A stretch of 64,000 bases of DNA, from positions 34,224,001-34,288,000 of the forward strand of contig OZ024748.1 in NCBI GenBank assembly GCA_964016885.1, given 5' to 3'. Source of the stretch: Eledone cirrhosa (Eukaryota). The first letter of the stretch is position 1. Each line of letters starts with the position of its first letter. Both the position numbers and the translations under genes were made by a program. Positions 1-11,649 of the stretch are shown piece by piece. The notes beneath the pieces were generated by a model, which did no database searches, had not been told where the DNA came from, and saw only the letters and a list, made by a program, of their open reading frames with translations.

Positions 1-126
1 TATATATATATATATATATATATTTATAGTGGTGGAACACTGGAAGGTAATATCCGTAGTGGTAGAACACTCAGTCCATGGGACGAGTTAGGTAGAAGTG
101 GTTACACAACAGTTAGTTCACCATAC

Positions 127-164
127 CGAGAATAATTGTTTCACCTTAGCGAATCCTCAGATCG
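127..164 (-). ncRNA. Minimal type I hammerhead motif (degenerate)
   Basis: Minus strand reads cgat-CTGAGGA-ttcgctaaggt-GAAA-caatta-TT-ctcg. Inverted partner of 571-608. Confidence 0.5.
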
Positions 165-570
165 TAATGGCCATGGTTATACGGAACAGGAAGGACAACC
201 GTGCGAACGCGCATGCGCAGAAACGATCACTTCACACAGGCAATACTAAAATGCGTGCGAGAGGTGTAAGGGAGATAACTGCGAAAGTCCGAAAATGTCT
301 AGTTGATAAGAAAATTAGGATGTTGTTGTATATTCAATCCGGAGCTTTGTAGTTATGTAAGAGGTGTTTCCAGGCGTGTGGACAACGTGTGAATAATTCA
401 TTTCTGCTATTTAGGAAATCACTATTGCGTAATCTCTTTTGATTATTTATTCGTTCAGCAATACATAGTCCACACGACGGGATGCCCTTTGCGTATGGCT
501 TGGACTTAGTGATGGCTTTCCATTGAATGGAGTAGTCCATACTTGAGTCTTTGAGGGACCATGTCAATTA

Positions 571-608
571 CGAGCTGAGGATCCGCTAAGGTGAAAAAAT
601 TGTTCTCG
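571..608 (+). ncRNA. Minimal type I hammerhead motif
   Basis: cgag-CTGAGGA-t(cc gctaa gg)t-GAAA-aaattg-TT-ctcg. Stem I is cgag/ctcg. The consensus of the two copies gives a palindromic stem III (aacaattgtt). Confidence 0.55.
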
Positions 609-687
609 GTATGGTGAACTAACTGTTGTGTAACCACTTCTATATATATATATGTTGATTTATATATATATATATATGTTGATATAG

Positions 688-788
<101 letters not shown>

Positions 789-842
789 GATTTAAAACTT
801 CACTATTCACAAGTGTTTTTTAAGCTTCATATTATGTCTCCC

Positions 843-912
843 TATTTTATCTGATGAGAACGCAGATATCATCCCATGATGATATTTGTTTTTGAAATGC
901 CATAATAAAATA
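843..912 (+). ncRNA. Type I hammerhead motif in a short pLTR-like repeat (786-944)
   Basis: tattttat-CTGATGA-(long stem II containing gatatcatc/gatgatatt)-GAAA-tgcca-TA-ataaaata. A homologous copy lies at 37290-37360(-). Confidence 0.75.
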
Positions 913-1143
913 CTTGGAACTCTTTTAACCATCTTTTGATCTTATATATATATATATAAATAAAAGGATTACAACGGAGAATACATACTGTGAGAACATG
1001 TTTATACAAAAGCACCAGCTAGATATTAACGCTTCCGATATTTAACAATGTAGGCACAAGTATTGAGCACAAAGCACCAGCTTTTGGCTATTATCTATAT
1101 GTATCGCTTATCCCTTTAAACCTCTACTCTCTCACCATACTAA

Positions 1144-1224
<81 letters not shown>

Positions 1225-1425
1225 TATGTACGCGTACATACATATATGTATACAGACGTACAGTAGTATGTATATATATATTCATACATGCACACATATA
1301 TACATGTACGTATGGATTCACCGAACATTTATTATAATGCTCGGTGTATTTGTAAACAAACATCCCGTATTAAGCCGTAGTGTCGACCAACCATCGTTGC
1401 TCGTTTGTTCAACACTGACAAAGGA

Positions 1426-1468
1426 ACGCTGTACTAGTTTCAAGCTTATTAGCTATCGTCAGCAACGT
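1426..1468 (-). ncRNA. Minimal hammerhead ribozyme (intact core)
   Basis: acgttg-CTGACGA-t(agct aata agct)t-GAAA-ctag-TA-cagcgt, with palindromic stem III actagt. Confidence 0.8.
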
Positions 1469-1872
1469 ATACCTTCCTGCCAGATTGTTGAACATATATA
1501 CTTACCTTATGTATATTAACGGCTGAGTAGCCTAATCTGCATATCGAGTGGGTTAATCGGCAGGGTGCACCGAAAACGATAAACGGAAAAAAATGAAACG
1601 AAATTTCATTTCCCACTCTTAGTACGGCTGTTACTTAAATATAAGTATGTACACGTACATACATATATGTATACAGACGTACAGTAGTATGTATATATAT
1701 ATACATACATGCAATACATATATATATGCACGTATGGATTCACCGAAGATTTATTATAATGCTCGGTGTGTTTGTAAACAATATATTTAAGTAACAGCCG
1801 TACTAATAGTGGGAAATGAAATTTCGTTTCATTTTTTTCCGTTTATCGTTCAACAATCTGGCAGGAAGGTAT

Positions 1873-1915
1873 ACGTTGCTGACGATAGCTAATAAGCTTG
1901 AAACTAGCACAGCGT
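1873..1915 (+). ncRNA. Minimal hammerhead (U16.1 to C variant, probably inactive)
   Basis: Same motif but GAAA-ctag-CA. Confidence 0.65.
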
Positions 1916-2289
1916 TCTTTTGTCAGTGTTGAACAAACGAGCAACGATTGTTGCTGGACACTACGGCTTAATACGGGATGTTTGTTTACAAACACACCAA
2001 GCATTATAATAAATGTTCGGTGAATCCATACGTACATATATGTGTGCATGTATGTATATATATATACATACTACTGTACTTCTGTATACATATATGTATG
2101 TACGTGTACATACTTATATTTAAGTAACAGCTGTACTAAGAGTGGGAAATGAAATTTCGTTTCATTTTTTTCCGTTTATCGTTTTCGGTGCACCCGGCCG
2201 ATTAACCTACTCGATATGCAGATTAGGCTACTCAGCCGTTAATATGCATAAGGTAAGTATATACGTTCAACAATCTGGCAGGAAGGTAT

Positions 2290-2332
2290 ACGTTGCTGAC
2301 GATAGCTAATAAGCTTGAAACTAGCACAGCGT
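2290..2332 (+). ncRNA. Minimal hammerhead (U16.1 to C variant)
   Basis: Same motif with GAAA-ctag-CA. Confidence 0.65.
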
Positions 2333-2711
2333 TCTTTTGTCAGTGTTGAACAAACGAGCAACGATTGTTGCTGGACACTACGGCTTAATACGGGATGTTT
2401 GTTTACAAACACACCAAGCATTATAATAAATGTTCGGTGAATCCATACGTACATATATACATGTGTGCATGTATGTATATATATATACATACTACTGTAC
2501 TTCTGTATACATATATGTATGTACGTGTACATACTTATATTTAAGTAACAGCCGTACTAAGAGTGGAAAATGAAATTTCGTTTCATTTTTCTTCCGTTTA
2601 TCGTTTTCGGTGCACCCGGCGGATTAACCCACTCGATATGCAGATTAGGCTACTCAGCCGTTAATATGCATAAAGTAAGTATATACGTTCAACAATCTGG
2701 CATGAAGGTAT

Positions 2712-2754
2712 ACGTTGCTGACGATAGCTAATAAGCTTGAAACTAGTACAGCGT
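2712..2754 (+). ncRNA. Minimal hammerhead ribozyme (intact core)
   Basis: acgttg-CTGACGA-tagctaataagctt-GAAA-ctag-TA-cagcgt. Predicted cleavage after A2748. Confidence 0.8.
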
Positions 2755-2761
2755 TCCTTTT

Positions 2762-3420
2762 CAAGATAGAAAAGAATCAGCAGTACTGCACCAACATGCT
2801 AAAATAGAACATAAGGGAAAATTAGAGAACATAGTAATAAAAATAAAATCTACACACAGAAAAGACGCAATGTTTAGACAAATCACAGAGGCAATAAACA
2901 TAAAGGAACTCCAACCAAAATTAAATAGAAAACATGAATGGAATAGCAACATCACAACTTACAATTACGGATAAAATGAAAACACACACGCACATAGAAC
3001 AAACAACCAACCAGTAACATGTAAATAAACAAATAAATAAACAAATATAAACACACACAGACACCCGGATGTAACACATAAGCAAACTAAGCACACAACA
3101 CACACAAAAACAAGATAGCGTAGGACAGAACAAAGGAGAGGCACAAAACAAAGAAAAGAATCCCCAGTCACTAAAGAGGTCACAGAATGTGTGACGAAAG
3201 AACTTTGACAATATATGAACAACCGTCCGGTTGTGGAACCAACCAACCAACCGGAAATTTATAAATTTTAAATTTATAATTTAATTTATAATAAATTGGA
3301 GTGAAAGCAACTGGTGCATGTGTTTCTTATTGGCAACATGACCCTCCCAAAGTATCACAATATCGGTTTCAACACACGTTTTCAGATATAGAATCTTGCT
3401 AAACAAATTCAGAAACGAAA
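2762..3420 (+). mobile_element. PLE 3' fragment, family B (GIY-YIG C-terminus + pLTR + tail)
   Basis: Manual translation from 2762: QDRKESAVLHQHAKIEH...FRQITEAINIKELQPKLNRKHEWN. HHR-like motif at 3167-3209 has a mutated core (ctaaaga). Related copies at 5420-6020, 26028-26352 and 11650-12470. Confidence 0.75.
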
Positions 3421-3732
3421 TATATATATATATATATCACCTTGATCACCTTGAGCGACCAATCTGTCTGGGGCCATTGGGCGCCGCTGGTCACAGCACG
3501 TGCTGTTTTAGCCATATGATGACGCAATCCCACTGGCTGGGCGGGCAGGCCGTAAGTCTAAATATATATATACATATATATATATACATATACATATATA
3601 TATTATATATATATATATACGTATATATATATACATATATATATGCATATATATACATGCATATATATACATACATCTATATACATATACATATATATAT
3701 ACTTATATATATATATATATAGACTTTATATA

Positions 3733-3783
<51 letters not shown>

Positions 3784-3805
3784 ATATATATATACATGTA
3801 TATAT

Positions 3806-4216
3806 GGTGGCTGCCAACTCGTTTTCGAGTACGGCCACTACTTTATATCCATGTAGGAGAAGTCCTACCGATGCGCTGAACGAGTGTGACTTTTTAGTCC
3901 AGCCAGCGACTTGAAAACTCTGGTAAAAACACTACACTTGTGACAATTATTGACACATAGTGCTGGGCCCATGGTACCATGTGACGACAAGTGCAGAGAG
4001 ATCTCCATATATAAAGCAATGTCTGTGCCGTGAAGCTTGTATAGTGAGCAAAGGCACTGCACAAAGCCAGTCCCACTCTCTTAACCAAGATGATATTTAC
4101 CAAAAAGAAGAACAAGTCAACATCATTGGATACCATCAGGGTTGCAGGTGTTATATCAGAGTTTTCCTTCTCCTAGAATTCTGCCTTGACAAAGGCTTAG
4201 GGGTCATCTCTCCCGG
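3806..4216 (-). mobile_element. Non-autonomous RTE-derived element, copy 1 (5'-truncated)
   Basis: Minus strand carries the RTE-type 5' motif ggagaaggaaaactctga joined to a C-terminal zinc-finger remnant ([22 protein letters not shown]). Ends in a microsatellite. Near-identical to 10813-11223. Confidence 0.65.
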
Positions 4217-4520
4217 ACATGTATATTGATTTATTTATTATTTAACAATGTTAAATAATAAATAAATCAACTAATACCTTAACACTTCACACAAAGTAAA
4301 ACATTTAGTTTTAATGATTTTCTAACCCAGAAAAAAGAGAGAGAGAAAGAAAAAAGGAAAAAAAAAAATTTTTCTTCCTAATAATCGTCTCTTTCTCCCT
4401 GTTTTCATATATATATATATACATGCATATATATACATACATATATATATATATATACATATATATATACTTATATATATATATGGTATATATACTTATA
4501 TATATATATGGTATGGTATA

Positions 4521-5285
4521 TCTTATTAATTATATCTAATGTTTCTTCTTTCTTTATAATGCATTATATACTCTGATACTGAATCAATCTAATCCATTCG
4601 GATTATTTTGTAGCAGGAGTTGCCTCCCTTGTCGTGACACTCACAACCCCAATAGATTAACACCATCTAGACAGGAAGTAGAACCCTTTCTGTAACTTCC
4701 GGTCAGAACCCTATAAAACTAACAACTTTAAGTTCTCACTCTCTCATTCGCCTTTTCGGTCAGGCGCCTCCTGGCTTTCGCCAGGAGTTTTTAACCAGGC
4801 GTCTTCTGCCAGCCACGTTCGTTTGGCAATCAAACGGTAACTAATAACTTTGCTTCATTCTTTCATCTATTTCTTTGACATGTCAACTATACTGTTCTAT
4901 ATATATATCCATGATTGTTAATTAAATATTATACACACAAACCATGTCTCCTTGTTACATTCATACGCACACAGTATTTTGCTATAATTTTGTCCCAGTT
5001 ATTCATAGAGCAACAACGGTTAAGGTTGGCACCACAAATTCAGGGATATATGTGGATATATTCATGTATATGTATGTGTTCGCATGTATCTGTGTATTTC
5101 TTTATATTGTTTATAACTCCCTATGGTAGAGTAAACATTGAAGTGTAGTGACTGCTGGACAGCTTTCATTACTCAAACTTCTCGCCATCCTAGCCATCTC
5201 TTCTACGGCTTTGATATAGATGCCCCCTCCGCCTTTTGTGGTCTTTTTTCTTGGTTGTAAAAGGCTTAGCTCTGTTTCTTGACCA
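4521..5285 (+). repeat. Diverged relative of the 591-nt retrozyme-like unit, interrupted by a solo LTR
   Basis: 4521-4608 and 4987-5285 align by eye with ~32730-33115 (shared blocks such as aattatatcta, tgtcccagt, ggcttagctctgtttct). Confidence 0.7.
4609..4986 (+). mobile_element. Solo LTR (378 bp, probably Ty3/Gypsy-type)
   Basis: Starts TGTAGCA and ends TGCTATA (one change from TGCTACA). 4-bp duplication attt at 4605-4608 and 4987-4990. TATAAAA at 4712 and ATTAAA at 4921. Absent from the homologous sequence near 32820. Confidence 0.7.
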
Positions 5286-5286
5286 A

Positions 5287-6020
5287 AACATTGCGTCTTT
5301 TCTGTGTGTAGATTCTATTTTTATTTCTATGTTCTTTAATTTACCCTTATGTTCTATTTTAGTATGTTGGTAGAGTACAGATGATTCTTTACTATCTTGA
5401 AGCTCTCTCCAGTGTTCATTTAAGATAGTAAAGAATCATCTGTACTCTACCAACATGCTAAAATAGAACATAAGGTTAAATTAAAGAACATAGAAATAAA
5501 AATAGAATCTACACACAGAAAAGACGCAATGTTTAGACAAATCACAGAGGCAATAAATATAAATGAACTCCGACCAAACTTAAATAGAAAGCATTAATGG
5601 AATAGCAACATCACAACTTACAATTAAGGACAAAATGAAAACACACACACACATAGAACAAACAACCAACCAGTAACATGTAAATAAACAAATAAACAAA
5701 CAAATATAAACACACACAGACACCCGGATGTAACACATGCGCAAACTAAGCACACAACACACACAAAAACAAGATGGCGTAGGACAGAACAAAGGAGAGG
5801 CACAAAAACAAAGAAAAGAATCCCCAGTCACTGAAGAGGTCACAGAATGTGTGACGAAAGAACTTTGACAATATATGAACAATCGTCTGATTGTGGAACC
5901 AACCAACCAGAAATTTATAAATTCCTAAATTTATAAATTTAATTTATAATAAATTGAAGTGAAAGCAACTGGTGCGTGTGTTTCTTATTGGCAACATGAC
6001 CCTCCCAAAGTATAACAATA
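5287..6020 (+). mobile_element. PLE family B 3' fragment with 5' fold-back
   Basis: 5420-6020 matches 2762-3360. Bases ~5287-5399 are the reverse complement of ~5421-5533. Confidence 0.75.
5827..5869 (+). ncRNA. Minimal hammerhead motif, family B
   Basis: gtca-CTGAAGA-g(gtcaca gaatg tgtgac)-GAAA-gaac-TT-tgac. Confidence 0.65.
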
Positions 6021-6025
6021 TATAT

Positions 6026-6107
<82 letters not shown>

Positions 6108-6111
6108 CACG

Positions 6112-6142
<31 letters not shown>

Positions 6143-6264
6143 GTAGAGGTTATATGTAATTTATTGGGATACAAATTAAATCCAGGATTTAATATATATA
6201 CAACCAGAATGGTTGCATTTTTTAAGGGTATGTCAATATTTATTTATAAAACTAACCTATATTA

Positions 6265-6330
6265 TATTTTATCTGATGAAAGCGCACCATATTTTGCTCT
6301 GGTGGCCCTTGAAATATGTATAATGAAATA
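6265..6330 (+). ncRNA. Hammerhead motif in a pLTR fragment (6145-6370)
   Basis: tattttat-CTGATGA-(aagcgcacca...tggtggccctt)-GAAA-tatgta-TA-atgaaata. Confidence 0.7.
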
Positions 6331-6372
6331 AATATGGTTTTATAAATATAGTTTCCATTTGTTAATATAATG

Positions 6373-6458
<86 letters not shown>

Positions 6459-6495
6459 ATTAAATAAATGGAAACTATATTTATAAAACCATATT

Positions 6496-6561
6496 TATTT
6501 CGTTATATATATTTCAGGGATATCATATTAACAATATGTTATGCCTTCTTCAGACAAAATA
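6496..6561 (-). ncRNA. Hammerhead ribozyme motif
   Basis: Reverse complement of 8563-8628. Confidence 0.75.
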
Positions 6562-6868
6562 CAATATAAACAGTCTTATAAATAAATAGTTACGACATAC
6601 CTTTCAATCACCTTGCATTTGGGAGGTTGATTTGGCAGTAAAAAATATTGTGGACAGTTGTAAAAAGAAAGAGAGAAAGAAAGAAAGAAATAGAAACGAA
6701 GAAAAAGAAGAAATGCATGTGACTAAATAGAGAGATATAGAAAGATAGATAAAGAGAAGAACTTCATGTAAAGAAACAGAGAGAAATATATATATAGAGA
6801 GAGGAAAAAAGAAAGAGATAGATAGAGATAGATAGAGAAACTAGGAAGTTGAGTATCGGTTGATACAT

Positions 6869-6899
<31 letters not shown>

Positions 6900-8223
6900 G
6901 CTCTAGTATTAATGTAAAGAGAGATGTATGTAGTTAAGAGAGAAAATAGCCGTTATATAGAGAGAAAAAAGAGAAAATGAAAAAGAGAAAATGAAAAATA
7001 ACCAGACATAAACGAGGCAGAATTTAAAAACGCTATGTTTTATCCTGTAGAAAATATTAGTTCGTATAAAACAGGCATTATAATGTAAATATCAGTATTC
7101 ATGAATGAGACATGTATCTATAATGTGTGAAAAGTAATGATCTTATGTCTAGTTTTTAAAAATTCATATGTTTATATCATAATTATAAACAAACTCCCAA
7201 TTCACACGAAAACATTCTCATTGTGCTATAAAAATTCAAGTATACATATATGTGTGTATATATACACATATATATAGAGTCTATATTAATTTTAACAATA
7301 CTATTCTTGTCTTTACTCTACATGATTGTCGATCAAGCAGAAATAGAGAACAGATTTCAATATATTAATAAAAATAAAAATAAAAATAAAAATATCAGAG
7401 ACAAGAAAATAAATAAATAAACAGAAACCTAAAACATTTAATATTAAAAATAAAAATTAAAAATATTACAAAATATTAAAAAATAATAAAAATAAAACAT
7501 AGTATGCCACGCAAATCGGCCACAGAGATCAGCCTTTCAAAGTTAATTGACAATATATTGCCAAGTTCATCATAAGCATCAGAGTCGAAACAGATAAAAC
7601 AAAAATTGTTTACCAAATCCTGTCTAGCAGAAATCATTCCAAAAGTTTAGGATACCCAATTGGTCTACATATGTTCTTATATTTAATATAGAAGTTTATC
7701 TAGTGTAAAATTTAATTCGATATATTTGGAGCATCAGCTTTTAGGGTAGTTTAATTATTCATGAAGAATGTTTTAATAAAAAGAATGTTTTAATAAAAAG
7801 AAGAAATCGAAAGATTTATCGGCTAGTATTGTTAAAATTAATATAGACTCTATATATATGTGTATATATACACACATATATGTATACTTGAATTTTTATA
7901 GCACAATGAGAATGTTTTCGTGTGATTGGGAGTTTGTTTATAATTATGATATAAACATATGAATTTTTAAAAACTAGACATAAGATCATTACTTTTCACA
8001 CATTATAGATACATGTCTCATTCATGAATACTGATATTTACATTATAATGCCTGCTTTATACGAACTAATATTTTCTACAGGATAAAACATAGCGTTTTT
8101 AAATTCTGCCTCGTTTATGTCTGGTTATTTTTCATTTTCTCTTTTTCATTTTCTCTTTTTTCTCTCTATATAACGGCTATTTTCTCTCTTAACTACATAC
8201 ATCTCTCTTTACATTAATACTAG

Positions 8224-8257
<34 letters not shown>

Positions 8258-8562
8258 ATGTATCAACCGATACTCAACTTCCTAGTTTCTCTATCTATCT
8301 CTATCTATCTCTTTCTTTTTTCCTCTCTCTATATATATTTCTCTCTGTTTCTTTACATGAAGTTCTTCTCTTTATCTATCTTTCTATATCTCTCTATTTA
8401 GTCACATGCATTTCTTCTTTTTCTTCGTTTCTATTTCTTTCTTTCTTTCTCTCTTTCTTTTTACAACTGTCCACAATATTTTTTACTGCCAAATCAACCT
8501 CCCAAATGCAAGGTGATTGAAAGGTATGTCGTATCTATTTATTTATAAGACTGTTTATATTG

Positions 8563-8628
8563 TATTTTGTCTGAAGAAGGCATAACATATTGTTAATATG
8601 ATATCCCTGAAATATATATAACGAAATA
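8563..8628 (+). ncRNA. Hammerhead ribozyme motif
   Basis: tattttgt-CTGAAGA-(aggcataacatatt gtt aatatgatatccct)-GAAA-tatata-TA-acgaaata. Confidence 0.75.
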
Positions 8629-8758
8629 AATATGGTTTTATAAATATAGTTTCCATTTATTTAATATCATAAATATACTCCAAATACTTGTTGAGTGCTT
8701 TTATATCAGTTATAAATATTTACTCGTTGTTAACCCAACAATTTAAATATAACTTTCC

Positions 8759-8811
<53 letters not shown>

Positions 8812-8816
<5 letters not shown>

Positions 8817-8980
8817 AATTGTGGTAAGGAACCCGATGGACCATAACGCACCAGAGTACTCAATACTTAGGTTAGCAGAGTGGGAAATAGGAAAAAGTAT
8901 GACTCCGACGGCAGAGCTCAAGTCGGTTAGACGGCGATTTCTGGACTCCAGACATAGATGTCGAAACGGCTTGAGCTTTT
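8812..8980 (-). mobile_element. Diverged pLTR/tail fragment of PLE family A
   Basis: Similar to the reverse complement of 32235-32360. Contains a small fold-back of the hammerhead 3' half. Confidence 0.6.
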
Positions 8981-9265
8981 AAAAGGTTCACTGTACTTAC
9001 TATATGTACTCTTACCGCGCGGTTTCAGGTCTCAAAATAAATGGATAGCCCATGCGGACCACCATTGAGAAGGAGACTCACGTCAGAGGGTTCTTCTCGC
9101 TCGGAGAATATAAAATTCCCTAGTTCAAATCACGAACTGGCTCCATACAAAACTGTTCCCGGGTGAGAGTCAATGATAAAGAAACGATCTTGTCTAGTGC
9201 CGTATGTAAATTTATAAGTATATATATATGTATATATATATATATATGTATGTATATATATATGC

Positions 9266-9296
<31 letters not shown>

Positions 9297-9297
9297 C

Positions 9298-9353
<56 letters not shown>

Positions 9354-9404
9354 TTAATATAGATGAGATTCTACAGGACTAGAAGGTCGAGTTTGGTCAG
9401 CATG

Positions 9405-9443
<39 letters not shown>

Positions 9444-9692
9444 GAAAAGTATAGAAATTGTTGTAGCGTGAAGCTAACAGTATTCCATAACATATATGTG
9501 ACTATAGCGTCAAAATGGGAAAATAGTTAACATAGGATATGGGAAAAATAATTCAGACTCAATTCAAAAGGAATCAGGATATAGATTTATCCAACAGAAT
9601 TTAGAGAAATCCAGGGAAAAATCAATAGAGCCTTAACTCATGATAAAACAAAGTCTAAAGTACTCAACCTTCAATTTGGGACAACTTCAAAT

Positions 9693-9774
9693 GCTCTATA
9701 TAGTTTTGAAAAGACTATTTCACGAAAACTTTCAGTGGGGATGGTCACGGTTGGATTTCGTTCATCAGCAGAGC
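9693..9774 (-). ncRNA. Type I hammerhead ribozyme with stable stem III
   Basis: gctctg-CTGATGA-acgaaa[large loop]tttcgt-GAAA-tagt[cttttcaaa]acta-TA-tagagc. Lies in a repeat spanning ~9441-9810. Confidence 0.8.
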
Positions 9775-9814
9775 TCAACATGGTAACCAAGGTCTCACTG
9801 GTAATATGCCATAT

Positions 9815-10077
9815 ATATATATGAATGTATATATAGTGTATTTTGCAATACACTGTATGCTTAATTAAAAGCATTTTGAAGAACTTACGCTATTGTTTTA
9901 GAGTAGTGACAGTCACACTTACTTTAAATTTTCAGGGGAGATCTACCCCTGTTTGCTGAAAATTTAAAGTAAGTGAGACTGTCACTACTCTAAAGCAATA
10001 GCGTAAGGTCTTCGAGATGCTTTCAATTAAGCATACAGTGTATTGCAAAATACACTATATATACATTCATATATATA
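9815..10077. repeat. Hairpin with ~120-bp arms and ~20-bp loop (MITE-like or PLE fold-back)
   Basis: 9815-9935 is the reverse complement of 9956-10077 with a few mismatches. Flanked by TA repeats. Confidence 0.8.
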
Positions 10078-10102
10078 TCACTATTTCAGAGCACCAATTC
10101 TA

Positions 10103-10173
<71 letters not shown>

Positions 10174-10255
10174 AGAAAACACAGGTAAGCATTAAGACAA
10201 AGATTTTATCCAGGTATTTACGACCGTTTATTTGGTAAGTGCATATAAATATATG

Positions 10256-10348
<93 letters not shown>

Positions 10349-10355
10349 AATATTT

Positions 10356-10466
10356 TCTTTCTGATGAAGTGTAATCACAGACACGTAATGTATACGAATG
10401 AATATTATGTAGTGTAGTCAGCAAATATAAACTGTGACGTAATTGTACAGAAACATATGTTAAAGA
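10356..10466 (+). ncRNA. Hammerhead motif with extended stem II
   Basis: tcttt-CTGATGA-a(gtgtaat cacag...ctgtg..attgtac)a-GAAA-catatg-TT-aaaga, with palindromic stem III. Confidence 0.6.
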
Positions 10467-10581
10467 TTGACTGCCCAAATTTCTTCTTCTGTCCACATCT
10501 TCATTCATAATTTTTCCTGATATTTTTCCGGGTACCATATCTATGCTTATATATATACATATACATATATATATGCATAGC

Positions 10582-10639
<58 letters not shown>

Positions 10640-10683
10640 TACACACACACACGCGCGCGCGCGCATATATCTATCTATCTATA

Positions 10684-10755
<72 letters not shown>

Positions 10756-10812
10756 GTATATGTAAGGATATTTCGAATATATACATGTATACATGTATAT
10801 ATATGTATATAT

Positions 10813-11375
10813 GGTGGCTGCCAACTCATTTTCGAGTACGGCCACTACTTTATATCCATGTAGGGGAACCCCTACCGATGCGCTGAACGAGTGTGACTTT
10901 TTAGTCCAGCCAGCGACTTGAAAACTCTGGTAAAAACACTACACTTGTGACAATTATTGACACATAGTGCTGGGCCCATGGTACCATGTGACGACAAGTG
11001 CAGAGAGATCTCCATATATAAAGCAATGCCTGTGCCGTGAAGCTTGTATAGTGAGCAAAGGCACTGCACAAAGCCAGTCCCACTCTCTTAACCAAGATGA
11101 TATTTACCAAAAAGAAGAACAAGTCAACATCATTGGATACAATCAGGGTTGCAGGTGTTATATCAGAGTTTTCCTTCTCCTAGAATTCTGCCTTGACAAA
11201 GGCTAAGGGGTCATCTCTCCCGGTGATTTTGGATGGCCATTGACTATTAAGAGCTCCTTTGCCCTTTGACAGGTTTTGGTTTTAGTCCTGCTGGATGTCC
11301 AAAGTCACCCTCCTCACCAAGAAACCTTGGTGGGGTTGCCAGTTTAGTCGCCAACGACCCGACCATGAGACAGCT
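10813..11375 (-). mobile_element. Non-autonomous RTE-derived element, copy 2 (longest)
   Basis: As copy 1 plus ~150 bp more 5' sequence, including actggcaaccccacc. Confidence 0.65.
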
Positions 11376-11559
11376 TATACATATATATATATATACATAT
11401 TTATATACACACATATATATATATACATGTATACATATATACATATATATTTGAGCTCTGCTCATTTGACGCTATAGTCACATATATGTTATGGAATACT
11501 GTTAGCATCTCGCTACAACAATTTCTATACTTTTCATTTATATATATATATATATATAT

Positions 11560-11647
11560 AACGAGGGAAATGTGGTAAGGATCCAGGTGGACCATAACGC
11601 ACCAAAGTACTCAATACTTAGGGTAGTAGAGTGGGTAATAGGAACAT
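11560..11647 (-). mobile_element. Solo 3' tail of PLE family A
   Basis: Near-exact reverse complement of ~32275-32361. Confidence 0.75.
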
Positions 11648-11649
11648 AT

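Larger units (their letters stand above)
28..642 (-). mobile_element. 5'-truncated Penelope-like element (GIY-YIG C-terminus + pLTR) with inverted pLTR fragment
   Basis: ORF 334-567(-) ends ...CGLCIAE...FLNSRNELFTRCPH, the same pattern as the PLE endonuclease C-terminus at 30392-31006. Bases ~93-175 and ~558-642 are inverted repeats. Flanked by (TA)n. Confidence 0.8.
1222..2760. repeat. Array of ~420-bp hammerhead-containing units (retrozyme-like), orientation flips at ~1781
   Basis: The same non-coding unit recurs (near-identical ORF translations at 1226+, 1843-, 2239-). Hammerheads at 1873, 2290 and 2712 give periods of 417 and 422 bp. Confidence 0.85.
6455..8760. mobile_element. Fold-back element with ~850-bp inverted arms (non-coding PLE 3' region) and ~520-bp spacer
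   Basis: 6455-7303 is the near-perfect reverse complement of 7824-8670. Each arm carries a hammerhead. Only the right arm has an extra ~90-bp tail. Flanked by (TA)n. Confidence 0.85.

Noticed and set aside
3437-3558. GC-rich island with tandem cttgatcac, possibly a LINE 3' end
   Set aside because: Too short to assign, with no second copy in the window.
4768-4793. Hairpin plus T-run resembling a bacterial intrinsic terminator
   Set aside because: It lies inside a eukaryotic solo LTR with no prokaryotic gene context.
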